This document shows positions 35,964 through 47,461 of a stretch of 64,000 bases of DNA, in pieces. Position 1 is the stretch's first letter, and each line of letters starts with the position of its first letter. This DNA is from Acidimicrobiia bacterium (GTDB lineage Bacteria > Actinomycetota > Acidimicrobiia > Spongiisociales > ZC4RG35): NCBI GenBank assembly GCA_965215185.1, contig OZ244034.1, forward strand, positions 1,024,001 to 1,088,000, given 5' to 3'. Below the pieces are notes generated by a model. It made no database searches, had not been told where the DNA came from, and was given only the letters and a program-made list of their open reading frames with translations. The translations under genes and the position numbers were made by a program.

Positions 35964-38138
35964 ATGATGAACTTCCTCAGGCGCCTGTTGGAGAGTCGTT
36001 TCCGTATCTCCACCCAACTCTATTCGGGCATTTGGGGGGCGGTGGCTCTCACGGTGGGAGCGGGTTTAATCGGTTGGTTCTCCTTCAACCAGGTGGGGGA
36101 GGCCCAAAGCGTGGTGAACGAAGACACGGTTCCGGAGTTGGTGACTGCTTTTGGGATAGCTCAGTACAGCAGCAATCTGGTGGACGCTGCCCCGCGCCTG
36201 ACGACCGCAGCCTCCACGGAGGAACTGGAGTCGATCGCCGCCGGCATTCAGGAAACCAACGTCGCATTCGTCGAACAAGTGGGCTTGTTGTCCCAGGTGG
36301 GAACGGGCAGCGAACGGTTGGAGCTACTCCGAACCTACGCGGATTCACTAATAGCCAACATTGATGCCATTTACCTCGCCGAGCAGGAAATTTCCCGACT
36401 CGCGACGCAAAGAGGGGCTCTTCGGGCCGAACTCGACACGCTCGGCAGCCAATTGTCTGTGATAGTGGTCCCAGCTCTGGATGACCAGTTCTTTTTCGGT
36501 ATGACCGGCTATCGCAGACTTGGCCAGTTACCGATTCCCAGAGAGGAATACCTGACGGAGGAGCAGTTGCTCATCTACCGCCACCTGTCGGAGATACAGG
36601 CCAACAGCAACATCGCCACCCAACTCCTGGCTACCGCGTTCAGTCTCTCCGACGCCTCTCAGGTCGAACCGCTGAGGGAACGTTTCGAGGGCGCCGCCGG
36701 TCAGATAGAGACGAGCCTGGCGATTCTGACCGAAAGCGATTTCCACACAGAGCTGTCTCAAGTCTTCTCTCAACTCTTCTTGAGAGGTCTGGGAGAGGGC
36801 GGGGCATTCGATCTGGCTACCCGAGAGTTGCGCCTGCTGGCCGATCAGGGTGACCTCCTGGAGAGCAACCGGCTTCTAGCGGTGGATCTTCTGAGTGAAG
36901 TGGACGGTTTGGTCAACGCGGCCCGGATACGAGCGGAAGAAGCCACCCTAGCTTCCGAGCAAGCGATTCTGACCGGTCGAAGGCTGCTGTTGGCGATCAG
37001 CATCTTGAGCGTCACCGGCGCCATTCTCATGGCATGGCTGTTTGTAGGCCGGGTGCTGCTCCGTCGGCTCAGCCAGCTTTCCGATTGGATGCTACGGATG
37101 GCCGAGGGAGACCTGGAAAGCCGGATCGAGATCAAAGGGCGCGACGAAGTGGCCGATATGGCTGCCGCCTTGGAGGTATTTCGTATCAATGCCTTGGAGG
37201 TGCAACGCCTCAACCTGGTGGAAAAACTGGCCGGGGAACTGGGGGAAAAGAACGCCGAGTTGGAAAAGGTGCTGGATGACCTGCAACGGGCCCAGGAACG
37301 GATCGTCACACAGCAAAAACTGGCGGCCCTTGGTGAGTTGACCGCTGGGGTGGCGCACGAGATTCGCAATCCGTTGAACTTCGTGAAGAACTTCGCCGAA
37401 GCATCCGAGGAGTTACTGGAAGAACTGCAGAAAATCCTGGAGGAGGCAACTCAAGATGTGGAAGAAGAAGACCAGGGGTACATTCTGGAGATCACAGGGG
37501 ACCTGAACGACAATCTCCAACGCATCCAGTCCCATACACATCGCGCCAACAATATTGTCGAAGACATGCTGAGGATGGGACGGGATTCGGGGGAAATTCG
37601 GGCCGCAAATGTGAACAACTTGGTGCAGGAGCACATGAAGCTGGCCTATCACAGCGCCCGCGCCAGGGATCCTGATTTCAATCTCACCATCCGCGAGGAG
37701 TACGACCCGAATGTGGGGGAGATGGAAGTCGTTCCCCAGGACCTGGGCCGAGTATTCCTCAATCTGGTAAGCAACGCCTGCTATGCAACAGATGAACGAC
37801 GGCGCAAACTGGAAGAAGCCGGCGAACGGGGGGACTTCATGCCGGAGCTAGGGATCAGCACCCACCGTGAGGAGGACCGAGTAGTCGTCCGCGTCGGGGA
37901 TAACGGCGGCGGCATCCCCGACGACGTCGTGGAAAAAATCTTCAATCCGTTCTTTACCACCAAGCCCACCGACCAGGGCACCGGACTCGGTCTGGCGCTC
38001 TCCAGCGACATAGCCCGGCAGCACGGCGGCCTTATCCGCGTCGAGACAACCCCCGGCGAATCCACCACCATGATCATCGAACTCCCCCTCTCAGCCGCCC
38101 ACCCCATAACCGCGTTCGCAGCTGGCGCCGACAGCTGA
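35964..38138 (+). CDS. membrane sensor histidine kinase (2 TM, large helical extracellular domain, HAMP, HisKA, HATPase)
   Basis: GRDEVADMAAAL HAMP, AGVAHEIRNPLNF H-box, NLVSNA, DNGGGI, FFTTK, GTGLGL. Confidence 0.92.
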   Translation: MMNFLRRLLESRFRISTQLYSGIWGAVALTVGAGLIGWFSFNQVGEAQSVVNEDTVPELVTAFGIAQYSSNLVDAAPRLTTAASTEELESIAAGIQETNVAFVEQVGLLSQVGTGSERLELLRTYADSLIANIDAIYLAEQEISRLATQRGALRAELDTLGSQLSVIVVPALDDQFFFGMTGYRRLGQLPIPREEYLTEEQLLIYRHLSEIQANSNIATQLLATAFSLSDASQVEPLRERFEGAAGQIETSLAILTESDFHTELSQVFSQLFLRGLGEGGAFDLATRELRLLADQGDLLESNRLLAVDLLSEVDGLVNAARIRAEEATLASEQAILTGRRLLLAISILSVTGAILMAWLFVGRVLLRRLSQLSDWMLRMAEGDLESRIEIKGRDEVADMAAALEVFRINALEVQRLNLVEKLAGELGEKNAELEKVLDDLQRAQERIVTQQKLAALGELTAGVAHEIRNPLNFVKNFAEASEELLEELQKILEEATQDVEEEDQGYILEITGDLNDNLQRIQSHTHRANNIVEDMLRMGRDSGEIRAANVNNLVQEHMKLAYHSARARDPDFNLTIREEYDPNVGEMEVVPQDLGRVFLNLVSNACYATDERRRKLEEAGERGDFMPELGISTHREEDRVVVRVGDNGGGIPDDVVEKIFNPFFTTKPTDQGTGLGLALSSDIARQHGGLIRVETTPGESTTMIIELPLSAAHPITAFAAGADS

Positions 38139-38423
38139 TTCGAGCCTACGGCATCCACAAACAAAGCCAGCGTTTGCAATCTCCATCGCAAGCAGAAAGT
38201 GCTCGACGGCCCGCCTCAAACAGTCTTTTGAAGATGAGTTTGCCCGACTTTCTAAGGCAGGAAAGACGCAGCCGCTTAATACAGGATTACGCAATGTTCC
38301 AGGGTGATCTCGTTTTCATGGCAATGTGTCCGTCTCATCAATGGACTCGTGGTCCAAGTATGGGTTTGCCCCAATGCGAAGAGGGGATTGTGACATCAGT
38401 GAGTGGCGGTATTGTGGCAGAAG

Positions 38424-39392
38424 ATGGTTGAAGAACAGAGGCAGTCCGATGCGGTGGTGGTGGACGGGTGCGCGCCTTTGCTGTCCAAGCCAGGTGCTTG
38501 GGAGGGGTGGTTGGTGGGCGGGGTGGACTTGGCGATTCCCACTGTGGCCACCCATGAGGGTCCGGATGAGGCGTTGCCACGGGTCAAAAAGTGGAGGCGT
38601 TGGCTGGAAGAGAACGAACGACTCTCTCATGTGACATCTCCTGCGGACCTGGACCGGTTGGGCGACGGGCGGCTGGGCGTGACGTTCCACTTCCAGAACG
38701 CCACGCCGCTCGGTGAGGACTTGGAGCATTTGGAGCAATACCATCGGTTGGGCGTTCGGATGATCCAGCTCACCTATAACCATCGGAACGCGGTGGGGGA
38801 TGGGTGCATGGAACCCGAGGACGCCGGGCTCACGGGTTTCGGACGGGATCTTTTGAGCGAGATGAACCGCCTGGGAATTGTGATCGACTTGTCCCACACC
38901 GGATACCGCACCACTTTGGAGGCCATCGAAGCTTCTTCGGTTCCAACGGTCTTTTCTCATTCCAACGCCAAGCGGGTATTCGATCACCCCCGCAACATCA
39001 CCGATGGACAGATCCGGGCGGTGGCCGAGCGGGGTGGACTGGTGGGGGTGAACGCGGTCTCGTCCTTCCTCCGTACCGACGGAGTGGGCGCCAACCTTTC
39101 GGACCTGTTGGACCACATCGAGTATTTGGTGGAAATGATCGGTCCGGATCAAGTCTGCCTGGGACTTGACTTCTGGGCGGATGGCGAGATCGACTTCGCG
39201 GAGTGGACCCGTACCGGCCGGTGGACCACCGACGATCTTTCGAAGATGGTCAACTGGCCGCAGGACATTACCGGCCCCGGGCACATTCCCTGTTTGGTGG
39301 AAGGCTTGGTGGAACGGGGCTATTCGGAGACGGCAATCGCCTCCATCATGGGAAATAACTGGGTACGGCTCTTCCGCCAACTCTGGATCTGA
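38424..39392 (+). CDS. membrane dipeptidase (M19) family protein
   Basis: QLTYN, GLTGFG, MNRLGIVIDLSH, SHSN, HPRN, GLD, MGNNW. Confidence 0.88.
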   Translation: MVEEQRQSDAVVVDGCAPLLSKPGAWEGWLVGGVDLAIPTVATHEGPDEALPRVKKWRRWLEENERLSHVTSPADLDRLGDGRLGVTFHFQNATPLGEDLEHLEQYHRLGVRMIQLTYNHRNAVGDGCMEPEDAGLTGFGRDLLSEMNRLGIVIDLSHTGYRTTLEAIEASSVPTVFSHSNAKRVFDHPRNITDGQIRAVAERGGLVGVNAVSSFLRTDGVGANLSDLLDHIEYLVEMIGPDQVCLGLDFWADGEIDFAEWTRTGRWTTDDLSKMVNWPQDITGPGHIPCLVEGLVERGYSETAIASIMGNNWVRLFRQLWI

Positions 39393-39396
39393 TCGC

Positions 39397-40392
39397 CTAC
39401 AGCGCCAGTCGGGCCCCCTCTACCCTCTCGATCAGGAATCCTCCCAACCGTTCCAACACCTGCGTGGTCTCATCGCTGGGCAACCGCGCCAGGGTCTGGG
39501 AGGCGACCTCGGCATGTCCCAGGGCCACCGAAAGCGCCCTGTCCACGTATTCTCCCTCGACCACCAGGGAGATCACTTCCTCCACTGCCTCCTCGGGATA
39601 GGGTGGGGGATGGGCCAGCAGGTCCCGCACCCGGTGGCCGTTGCCCCCGCGGGCAGCCAGCAGCACCGGGAGGGTGAAGGTTCCTTCCCGGATATCGGCG
39701 CCGGCCGGTTTCCCCAACAGGTCGGTTGTGGCCACCAGATCCAGCGCGTCGTCGGCGATTTGGAACACTCTGCCCAACTCAAAAGCCCAGAGACTGAGAG
39801 CATCCACCACCGGAGGTGGGGCGTCGCCGGCCCGGGCGCCTACGTGAACCGAGGTGCGAATCAGGCTGGCGGTCTTTAGATCGATCACCCGGTGGTAGTT
39901 GGAGATGTCCTGGTCGAGGTGGCCTATCAGTCGGAATTCGAGGGTTTGGCCCTCCACGAGTTCGGTATAGGTTATGGCCAGCATGCGCACCGACTCGATG
40001 TCCAGATAGGTGGAAGCCAACTCGGAGGCCCGAGAGATCAGAAAGTCCCCGGCCAGCACCGCCAGAGTGTTGGTCCAGTTGGCGTTCACCGAAGGACCGC
40101 CCCTGCGGGTGTCCGACTCGTCGATCACATCGTCGTGATACAGACTTCCCACATGAATCAGTTCCACCGCCGCTGCTGCCTCCACCGCCCTTCGATCATG
40201 AGCAGACCCCAAATTGGCCGCTAGCAGGGCCAACAGTGGACGAAGGCGTTTTCCTCCCGCCCGTAGAAGATGCTGGGAGATTTGAGTCATGTAGGGGTCC
40301 AAGGAGGTGCTCACCTCCAGGAGCCGTCCTTCTACCTCTTCGAGCCGGCGCCAAATCTCAGGGACATCGACGAGATGGCGAAAGTCATCCAT
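39397..40392 (-). CDS. polyprenyl diphosphate synthase (HepT/IspB type)
   Basis: GGKRLRP, SLYHDDVID...RRG, AGD, KTA, FQIADD, GKPAGADIREG. Confidence 0.92.
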   Translation of the reverse strand: MDDFRHLVDVPEIWRRLEEVEGRLLEVSTSLDPYMTQISQHLLRAGGKRLRPLLALLAANLGSAHDRRAVEAAAAVELIHVGSLYHDDVIDESDTRRGGPSVNANWTNTLAVLAGDFLISRASELASTYLDIESVRMLAITYTELVEGQTLEFRLIGHLDQDISNYHRVIDLKTASLIRTSVHVGARAGDAPPPVVDALSLWAFELGRVFQIADDALDLVATTDLLGKPAGADIREGTFTLPVLLAARGGNGHRVRDLLAHPPPYPEEAVEEVISLVVEGEYVDRALSVALGHAEVASQTLARLPSDETTQVLERLGGFLIERVEGARLAL

Positions 40393-40526
40393 TGGAATGG
40401 AAAACGTGAAACATATGGTGGAGTTGGCTTTATACTTTCCAGAGAAGGAACCCAAAAGGGTCCTATGGGTGTTATAGACTAGGAACCCCCGGCTGCACCG
40501 GGGAAGTAACGCAGTAAGGAGAGCCT

Positions 40527-43025
40527 TTGTTCGAGCGATTTACGGACCGGGCCCGGCGAGTGGTCGTCATGGCGCAGGAAGAAGCGCGCAAGATGAACCA
40601 TAAATACATAGGCACCGAACACTTGCTGTTGGGCCTTTTGGCGGAAGGAGAGGGCGTCGCCGCCAAGTCGTTGGGGAGCCTCGGCATCGATCTGAACAGC
40701 ACCCGGGAGACGGTGATCCAGACAGTGGGTGTCGGACATCAGGCCCCCACCGGTCACATACCCTTCACCCCCCGGGCCAAGAAGGTGCTGGAGTTGGCGC
40801 TGCGCGAAGCTCTGCAGTTGGGCCACAACTACATTGGCACCGAACACATTCTTTTGGGCCTGATCCGAGAAGGAGAGGGCGTCGCTGCCCAGGTACTCGG
40901 ACAGGCCGAAGCCGGACTGCAGAAAATTCGCCAGACGGTCCTGACGGAACTGTCGGGCTCCGGGGGAGAGGCCGGGAGAGCCAAGGGCCAGCCTCCCCCG
41001 CAGTCGGCTCGGACCGGGGCAGCACGGGAAAGCCACCGCTCGGGATCGAGCATCCTTGACCAGTTCGGACGCAACCTGACCCAGGCGGCACAGGAGAAGA
41101 TTCTCGATCCGGTGATCGGACGGTCGAGGGAGATCGATCGGATGATGCAGATATTGGCGCGCCGCACCAAGAACAACCCGGTGCTGATCGGAGAGCCGGG
41201 GGTAGGCAAGAGCGCCATCGTAGAAGGGTTGGCGCAGCGGATTGTGGCCGGAGAGGTCCCCCGCTCACTCAGCAACCAGATCCTCTACACCATCGACCTG
41301 GGAGCGATGGTGGCTGGCACCCGATACCGGGGAGACTTCGAGGAGCGGATGAAGAAGGTGCTGAAGGAGATCAAAAAGCGCGGCAACGTGATCATCTTTT
41401 TGGACGAGATCCACACCGTGGTGGGCGCTGGCGCCGCCGAGGGGGCCATTGATGCGGCCTCCATCCTCAAGCCCATGCTGGCGAGGGGCGAGTTACAGAC
41501 GATCGGCGCCACCACCCTGGAGGAGTATCGCAAGCATTTTGAGCGTGATTCGGCGCTGGCTCGGCGGTTCCAGCCAGTGAAGGTGGACGAGCCTTCCATC
41601 GCCGACGCGGTCGAGATCCTGATGGGACTCAAGGACCGTTATGAGAGCTTTCATCAGGTGATGTTCACCGATGAGGCGATCATCAGCGCTGTCCATCTGG
41701 CCGACCGCTATGTCTCGGATCGGTTCCTGCCCGACAAGGCCATCGATCTGATGGACGAAGCCGGCAGCCGCAAGAAGCTTTATAGCATGTCACCTCTTCC
41801 TGAAGTGGAGGAGTTGAACATCAAGCTCACCGATCTGCGGATTAAGAAGAGGGATGCCATCGAATCCGACGAGTTCGAGAAAGCCGCCGAATTCCGCGAT
41901 CAGGAAAAGGGGGTTCTCAAAGAACTCGACAAGGCTATCGCCAGGGGGGGAGTGGTGGACAGCAGCTCCTCGGTCATCGACGAGGAGGAGATCGCCGAGG
42001 TGTTGGCCCAGTGGACGGGCATCCCCGTTCAACGCCTCACCGAAGAGGAAACCGCCCGACTGGTGAATATGGAGGAAGAACTCCACCGTCGCATAGTCGG
42101 CCAACACGACGCCATCGCCGCGGTCAGCCGGGCCATCCGACGCACCAGGGCCGGGTTGAAGGATCCCAAGCGTCCCGCTGGTTCGTTCATTTTTCTGGGA
42201 CCTTCAGGAGTGGGCAAGACCGAGTCAGCCAAGGCGCTCACCGAGTTTCTGTTCGGCAACGAGGACTCTTTGATCCAGATCGACATGTCCGAGTACATGG
42301 AGAAGCACGCGGTGAGCCGGCTGATCGGATCACCTCCCGGATACGTGGGCTATGACGAGGGAGGACAACTCACCGAGGCCGTCCGGCGGCGTCCGTTCTC
42401 GGTGGTGCTTTTCGACGAGGTTGAAAAAGCCCACCCCGACGTCTTCAACATTCTCCTTCAGATTCTGGAGGATGGGCGGCTGACCGATTCCCACGGCAAG
42501 TCGGTGGACTTCAAGAACGTGGTGATCATCATGACCTCCAACCTGGGCACCAAGGGAATTCGCAAGAAGTCTGTTGGATTCCACACCGATTCGACCGACG
42601 CGAGCTACGAGCAGATGCGCAACAAGCTGTTCGATGAACTCAAGCGTCACTTCCGGCCCGAGTTTCTGAACCGGATCGATGAGATCATCGTCTTTCGAGA
42701 GCTGACTTTCGACGAGATCAAGGAAATCATCGATCTACTCATGGAACGCGTCAAGAATCAGCTTCGTAACCAACGCCTGGAGTTGGTGCTCGCTGATTCG
42801 GCCAAAGGATACCTGGCCAAGGTGGGTTATGACCCCGACTTGGGCGCCCGGCCTCTGCGGAGGGCGATCCAGCGTTACGTGGAGGATCCTCTGTCGGAGA
42901 AGGTTCTGGTGGGAGAATTCACAGCCGGCACCACCATCCTGGTCAGCCTTGATGAGGAAAACGACGAGTTGGTGCTGGAAGGCTTCGATGTCTCCACCCA
43001 GGTCGAGCCCGCTTCCTCGGGCTGA
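40527..43025 (+). CDS. clpC: ATP-dependent Clp protease ATP-binding subunit ClpC
   Basis: [13 protein letters not shown], two Clp-N repeats, [16 protein letters not shown]; SD AAGGAG. Confidence 0.97.
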   Translation: MFERFTDRARRVVVMAQEEARKMNHKYIGTEHLLLGLLAEGEGVAAKSLGSLGIDLNSTRETVIQTVGVGHQAPTGHIPFTPRAKKVLELALREALQLGHNYIGTEHILLGLIREGEGVAAQVLGQAEAGLQKIRQTVLTELSGSGGEAGRAKGQPPPQSARTGAARESHRSGSSILDQFGRNLTQAAQEKILDPVIGRSREIDRMMQILARRTKNNPVLIGEPGVGKSAIVEGLAQRIVAGEVPRSLSNQILYTIDLGAMVAGTRYRGDFEERMKKVLKEIKKRGNVIIFLDEIHTVVGAGAAEGAIDAASILKPMLARGELQTIGATTLEEYRKHFERDSALARRFQPVKVDEPSIADAVEILMGLKDRYESFHQVMFTDEAIISAVHLADRYVSDRFLPDKAIDLMDEAGSRKKLYSMSPLPEVEELNIKLTDLRIKKRDAIESDEFEKAAEFRDQEKGVLKELDKAIARGGVVDSSSSVIDEEEIAEVLAQWTGIPVQRLTEEETARLVNMEEELHRRIVGQHDAIAAVSRAIRRTRAGLKDPKRPAGSFIFLGPSGVGKTESAKALTEFLFGNEDSLIQIDMSEYMEKHAVSRLIGSPPGYVGYDEGGQLTEAVRRRPFSVVLFDEVEKAHPDVFNILLQILEDGRLTDSHGKSVDFKNVVIIMTSNLGTKGIRKKSVGFHTDSTDASYEQMRNKLFDELKRHFRPEFLNRIDEIIVFRELTFDEIKEIIDLLMERVKNQLRNQRLELVLADSAKGYLAKVGYDPDLGARPLRRAIQRYVEDPLSEKVLVGEFTAGTTILVSLDEENDELVLEGFDVSTQVEPASSG

Positions 43026-43043
43026 TCTGCCCCCGCATCCGAT

Positions 43044-43991
43044 TCAATAGTCCAAGGTGACGGTCCGGTGGTGTTCGCCCATGCGGGAAGCCTCTGATCC
43101 CAGCACAGCCTCCGACCACAGGAAATAGTCGAGTCGGGGAGCGGTCACCGGCACTCCGACACGGTTGAGTTCCTCCACCAACCGATGACCGACATGGACC
43201 GTCGCCCAACGGATGGCGACTTCTTGTTGGGAGTGGCGGGGAATCTCGATCCGGGAGTCAACCGCTTCGGCCAGCGTTGATGAATATCGCAAAATCCCCA
43301 GATGGCGGAGAAACCGGGGGAGCATGTAGTCGGGATAGACCGGAAAAGAATCCATGCCCGACCAGGAGACCGAAGAGCGGGACGCCATGACGGCCGCCGC
43401 CAGATGGGCCAGTTTTCGGAAACGCAGGTGATATCCGCCCACTGAGACCTGATCCTCGAATCCGGGAACGGTGGAGGCCAACAACTCCACCAACCGTGGT
43501 CCGTCCCATCCCGCCTCTTCCACCAGATGCAAAACGGCGCCGTCCCAACGTTCCAACAGCGAAGCGGCCACGGCGGCCAGCCGGGCGCCTCTCTGGGAAA
43601 CCATCTGCAAAACGCCCTGGCCAGCGAACAGTCGATCGGCGTCGGCCGCGGTGAACTCCGCAAAGCGTTCCAGCACCTGCCCGGGCACCTGGCCCACCCA
43701 TCTGGTGAAGGCTGCGAACAGGGCCGGGGCGTCGGTGAGTCTTTGGCCCTGGTATTGGATGGACCACATTTGCTCGCCCTCGGGCGGCCATAGGCACGCC
43801 AGCACCGACACCGCCAGAGTTGAGTAGTCGAACCAGGCGCGGTCCCGGAGGCGGGCGGGCGGCCCCGGATAGTTGAACTTCGCAGCCGGGAATTGACGGC
43901 TGCCCCAGTGTCCGATCACCGCGGCGAAGGAGTCCTCCACCACTTCCACTCCCCACCCGGCAGGCGGCGGAGGCAAACGCGGATCGTTGAA
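43044..43991 (-). CDS. queuosine salvage protein (DUF2419/QNG1-like), start region missing or uncertain
   Basis: FRKLAHL, YPDYMLPRFLRHLGILRYS, EVAIR, LDYFLW, HHRTVTLDY; the ORF-track extension to 44630 is antisense of the ABC gene. Confidence 0.75.
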   Translation of the reverse strand, partial: FNDPRLPPPPAGWGVEVVEDSFAAVIGHWGSRQFPAAKFNYPGPPARLRDRAWFDYSTLAVSVLACLWPPEGEQMWSIQYQGQRLTDAPALFAAFTRWVGQVPGQVLERFAEFTAADADRLFAGQGVLQMVSQRGARLAAVAASLLERWDGAVLHLVEEAGWDGPRLVELLASTVPGFEDQVSVGGYHLRFRKLAHLAAAVMASRSSVSWSGMDSFPVYPDYMLPRFLRHLGILRYSSTLAEAVDSRIEIPRHSQQEVAIRWATVHVGHRLVEELNRVGVPVTAPRLDYFLWSEAVLGSEASRMGEHHRTVTLDY

Positions 43992-45069
43992 GAAGCAACG
44001 GGTGGAAATCGCCAAAGTGCTATTCCGAGGAGCGCGGATTCTCATTCTGGACGAGCCCACCGCGGTGTTGGTGCCCCAGGAAGTGGAAGATCTCTTCGTG
44101 TCCCTACGGGAGTTAAGAGCCAGAGGGGTGACCATCATCTTCATCTCCCACAAACTCGACGAGGTGCTCAACATAGCCGATGCGATAACCGTCATCCGGG
44201 CGGGCCGGACGGTGGCCACCGCCGACCCGAAAAACACCACCACTCGGGAACTGGCCGAACTCATGGTCGGCGCCGAACTGCCGACTCCCGACACCCGAGA
44301 GTCCACCGTCACCTCGCAGGTTCTATTTGAAGCAGAAGGCCTGGGCACACTTTCCGAAGATGGGGACCGGTGGCTGATCGAAGATGTCGGCTTCAAAATC
44401 CACCGCGGGGAAGTGCTGGGCATAGCCGGGGTGGAGGGAAACGGGCAGGGAGAACTTGTGGAACTGCTGGTCGGAATGCGGTCCGCAGACTCGGGATGGG
44501 TGAAACTCAACGGGAATAACATCAAGTCTCTGTCCACCCTGCGTCGCAGAGAAGCCGGAATCGGGCTTATCCCCGCTGATCGGCACCACCAGGGCTTGCT
44601 GTTGGAGTCGCCCCTGTGGGAAAACGCCATGCTGGGTTATCAAAGCCGTGTGCCTTTCACCCGGGGCCCGCTGGTGGATCGCAAAGGCGCCCGTCAGCGG
44701 ACCGAAGAAGTAGTGGAGAGTTACGATGTCCGCACTCCGGGAGTGGAGGTCAAGATCCACGCCCTGTCGGGTGGCAATCAGCAAAAGTTGTTAGTGGGAA
44801 AGGAGATGCTGGGCAGTCCCCAGGTGCTGTTGGCCTCCCATCCTACCCGGGGCGTCGACGTGGGCGCCCAGGCTGCGATTTGGGAGAGCATCCGCGAGGC
44901 CCGCGCCCAAGGTCTGGCAGTGCTGCTGATCTCAGCCGACCTCGATGAGTTGATCGGCCTCTCCGACACCCTGATGGTGATTCTCCGAGGAAAGCTGGTT
45001 GCCACTCTTGATCCCCAGGATGTCACTCCCGCCGAGTTGGGCTCCTATATGACCGGAGCGGCGCAATGA
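43987..45069 (+). pseudogene. N-terminally truncated nucleoside ABC transporter ATP-binding protein
   Basis: Begins at KQRVEIAK..ILILDEPT with no Walker A; second NBD LSGGNQQK intact. Confidence 0.8.
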
Positions 45070-46199
45070 AAGCCAACCGCCGCCTTATGTACGCGATTGT
45101 TTCTTCCGGTTTGGCGATCCTCTTCGCACTGGCGCTCTCGGGTGTGATCCTGGCAGTTTCAGGCAACAACCCCTTCGAGGCCTACGGGCAGATGTTCGAA
45201 TATGGAGCACGGATCGATTCGCTCGCCTCGGCGGTTAACCGAGCGGTACCCCTGTACTTCTCGGCCATGGCGGTGGCGGTGGGGTTCAAGATGGGACTTT
45301 TCAACATCGGCGTGGAAGGCCAGTACCGGATCGCCGTGCTGATCGCGGCGGCGGTGGGAGCGGCCATCACACTTCCCGGCCCGCTGCATGTGCTGGTGAT
45401 CATGCTCACGGCCATGGCGGTGGGCGCGGTCTGGTCGGGTTTCGCCGGGTATCTGAAGGTGAAACGGGGAGTGCACGAAGTGATCTCCACCATCATGTTG
45501 AACTACGTCGCCACCGGCTTGGGCGCGTTTTTGTTGGCCAACTGGCTGCGCCAGGAGAATCCCGCTGGCGATCTGGTGATCAAGACCCCCGAAATCCCGG
45601 ATTCGGGCCGGCTCCCCTCCCTGAACTGGGTGCTGGAGTTGGTGGGATTGGATCCGGGCCGAGTAGATCTCTATGGAATGGTGGTATTGGCGGTGTTGGC
45701 GGGGATTGGTTTCCATGTGCTGGTCAACCACACTCGCTTCGGGTTTGAGTTGCGCGCCTCAGGCGCCAGCCCGGGAGCGTCTCGGGCAGCCGGTATAGAT
45801 CCCAACCGGATGGTGGTGCTGACCATGGTGATCAGCGGAGCCATCGCCGGTCTGGTGGGGATGGCCCATCTGCTGGGATTCTTCCATCGCTACACAATCG
45901 ACTTCCCCACCATGCTGGGATTCACCGGCATCGCGGTGGCGCTGTTGGGCCGCAACCATCCGGTGGGAATGGCGGCAGGCGCGCTGCTGTTTGGGTGGTT
46001 CGACCGGGCCACCCAAATCCTCGACCTGCGGGGAATCCCCAAGGAGATCGTGTTCATTCTCCAGGGAGTGATCCTCTTGTCGGTGGTGGTTGCCTACGCG
46101 GTGGTGGAGGTGCGTACCAAGGCGGCTGAGAGCCGCGCGGTCACCGGCGCTCTCCAGACCGGCCAATCGCCCAGGGATGGAGAGGAGGGAGAATCATGA
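45066..46199 (+). CDS. nucleoside-type ABC transporter permease
   Basis: GLFNIGVEGQ, VHEVISTIMLNY, GFTGIAVALLGRNHP. Confidence 0.9.
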   Translation: MKANRRLMYAIVSSGLAILFALALSGVILAVSGNNPFEAYGQMFEYGARIDSLASAVNRAVPLYFSAMAVAVGFKMGLFNIGVEGQYRIAVLIAAAVGAAITLPGPLHVLVIMLTAMAVGAVWSGFAGYLKVKRGVHEVISTIMLNYVATGLGAFLLANWLRQENPAGDLVIKTPEIPDSGRLPSLNWVLELVGLDPGRVDLYGMVVLAVLAGIGFHVLVNHTRFGFELRASGASPGASRAAGIDPNRMVVLTMVISGAIAGLVGMAHLLGFFHRYTIDFPTMLGFTGIAVALLGRNHPVGMAAGALLFGWFDRATQILDLRGIPKEIVFILQGVILLSVVVAYAVVEVRTKAAESRAVTGALQTGQSPRDGEEGES

Positions 46200-47461
46200 C
46201 CAGTCTTTTGTCTCCCCGCGCTCAGATGATGCGGACCAACCGCTGGCTGTGGCTGGCCCTGGGAGTGGTGGCCACGCTCGCCATCACCCGGACGCTGGCC
46301 GACACTCCCGACCTCACCTCCAGCGGCACTTTCGGCTCCGCATTGCGACTGGGGACTCCCATATTCCTGGCCGGGCTGGGCGGGGTCTACGCCGAACGGG
46401 TCGGAATTGTGAACATTGGACTGGAGGGAATGATGATCCTCGGCACCTGGTTCGGGGCCTGGGCAGGATGGCTCTGGGGGCCGTGGACGGGACTGGCGGT
46501 CGGAGTGCTAGCCGGGGCGTTGGGCGGGTTGCTTCATGCCCTCGCCACCGTCACGTTCAATGTTGATCACATCGTTTCGGGAGTAGCCATCAACATCCTG
46601 GCCTTCGGCGGGATGAGGTTTTTGTCGGTGGTTAGCTATGGGGGTGACAGCGGGGGAGGCGCCACCCAGTCGCCCCCCATCGCCGGGGTAATAGGCAAGG
46701 TTTCGCTTCCCGTCCTCTCCGGTGGGCAGGTCCTGGGATGGGAAAGCCCCGATTGGCTGGGGACCCTGGAATCCCAACACTGGTTCTTACTCTCCGATTT
46801 AGCCGGGTTGATGCGAGGGCTGACCGTAGATGTTTCATGGGCGGTAATCTTGGCGGTCGTGCTGGTACCCGCCTCTTGGTGGTTTCTGTGGAAGACCCCA
46901 CTGGGACTGCGGATGCGTTCGGTGGGAGAGCATCCCGTGGCCGCCGAGTCCCTGGGAGTGAATGTCTATCGGATGAAGTATCTGGGAGTGATGCTTTCGG
47001 GGGGAATGGCCGGACTGGGCGGCGCCATGCTGGTGACAGAATTTGCTCGGATCTATCGAGAGGGACAGACCGGCGGGAGAGGGTTCATCGGCCTGGCCTC
47101 CATGATCATGGGCAATTGGCGACCGGGAGGGGCCGCTGCTGCCGGAGGGTTGTTCGGGTTCACCTTCGCATTGGAACTGCGGGACGAGCCGGCTGTTCAC
47201 GCCCTGCTGCTGCTGATCGCCATCGTCGGCATCGGGATGGGCATCTGGCTGGGATACCGGAAGAGGTGGATTCCCGCCGTCTGGCTGGTGGGCACCGCTG
47301 CGGCTGCTCTGTTGGTGTTCCTCTCCACCGATTCCGTACCCCGCGAGTTCGTGTTTATAGCTCCCTATGTGACCACCCTGGTGGTGATGTCCCTGGCCTC
47401 CCAACATCTGCGGATGCCGGCCGCCGATGGCCGTCCCTACCGGCGTGGCCAGCAGTTGTGA
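46196..47461 (+). CDS. nucleoside-type ABC transporter permease 2
   Basis: ERVGIVNIGLEGMM, VGEHPVAAESLGVNV, GRGFIGLA...GNWRP. Confidence 0.9.
   Translation: MTSLLSPRAQMMRTNRWLWLALGVVATLAITRTLADTPDLTSSGTFGSALRLGTPIFLAGLGGVYAERVGIVNIGLEGMMILGTWFGAWAGWLWGPWTGLAVGVLAGALGGLLHALATVTFNVDHIVSGVAINILAFGGMRFLSVVSYGGDSGGGATQSPPIAGVIGKVSLPVLSGGQVLGWESPDWLGTLESQHWFLLSDLAGLMRGLTVDVSWAVILAVVLVPASWWFLWKTPLGLRMRSVGEHPVAAESLGVNVYRMKYLGVMLSGGMAGLGGAMLVTEFARIYREGQTGGRGFIGLASMIMGNWRPGGAAAAGGLFGFTFALELRDEPAVHALLLLIAIVGIGMGIWLGYRKRWIPAVWLVGTAAAALLVFLSTDSVPREFVFIAPYVTTLVVMSLASQHLRMPAADGRPYRRGQQL

Noticed and set aside
43992-44630. 528-aa ORF as a genuine fusion protein
   Set aside because: The N-terminal ~210 aa are antisense translation of the ABC ATPase
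46738-47457. N-terminal extension of the P450 (650-aa ORF)
   Set aside because: Overlaps the permease in another frame; GTG 47458 gives a normal-length P450
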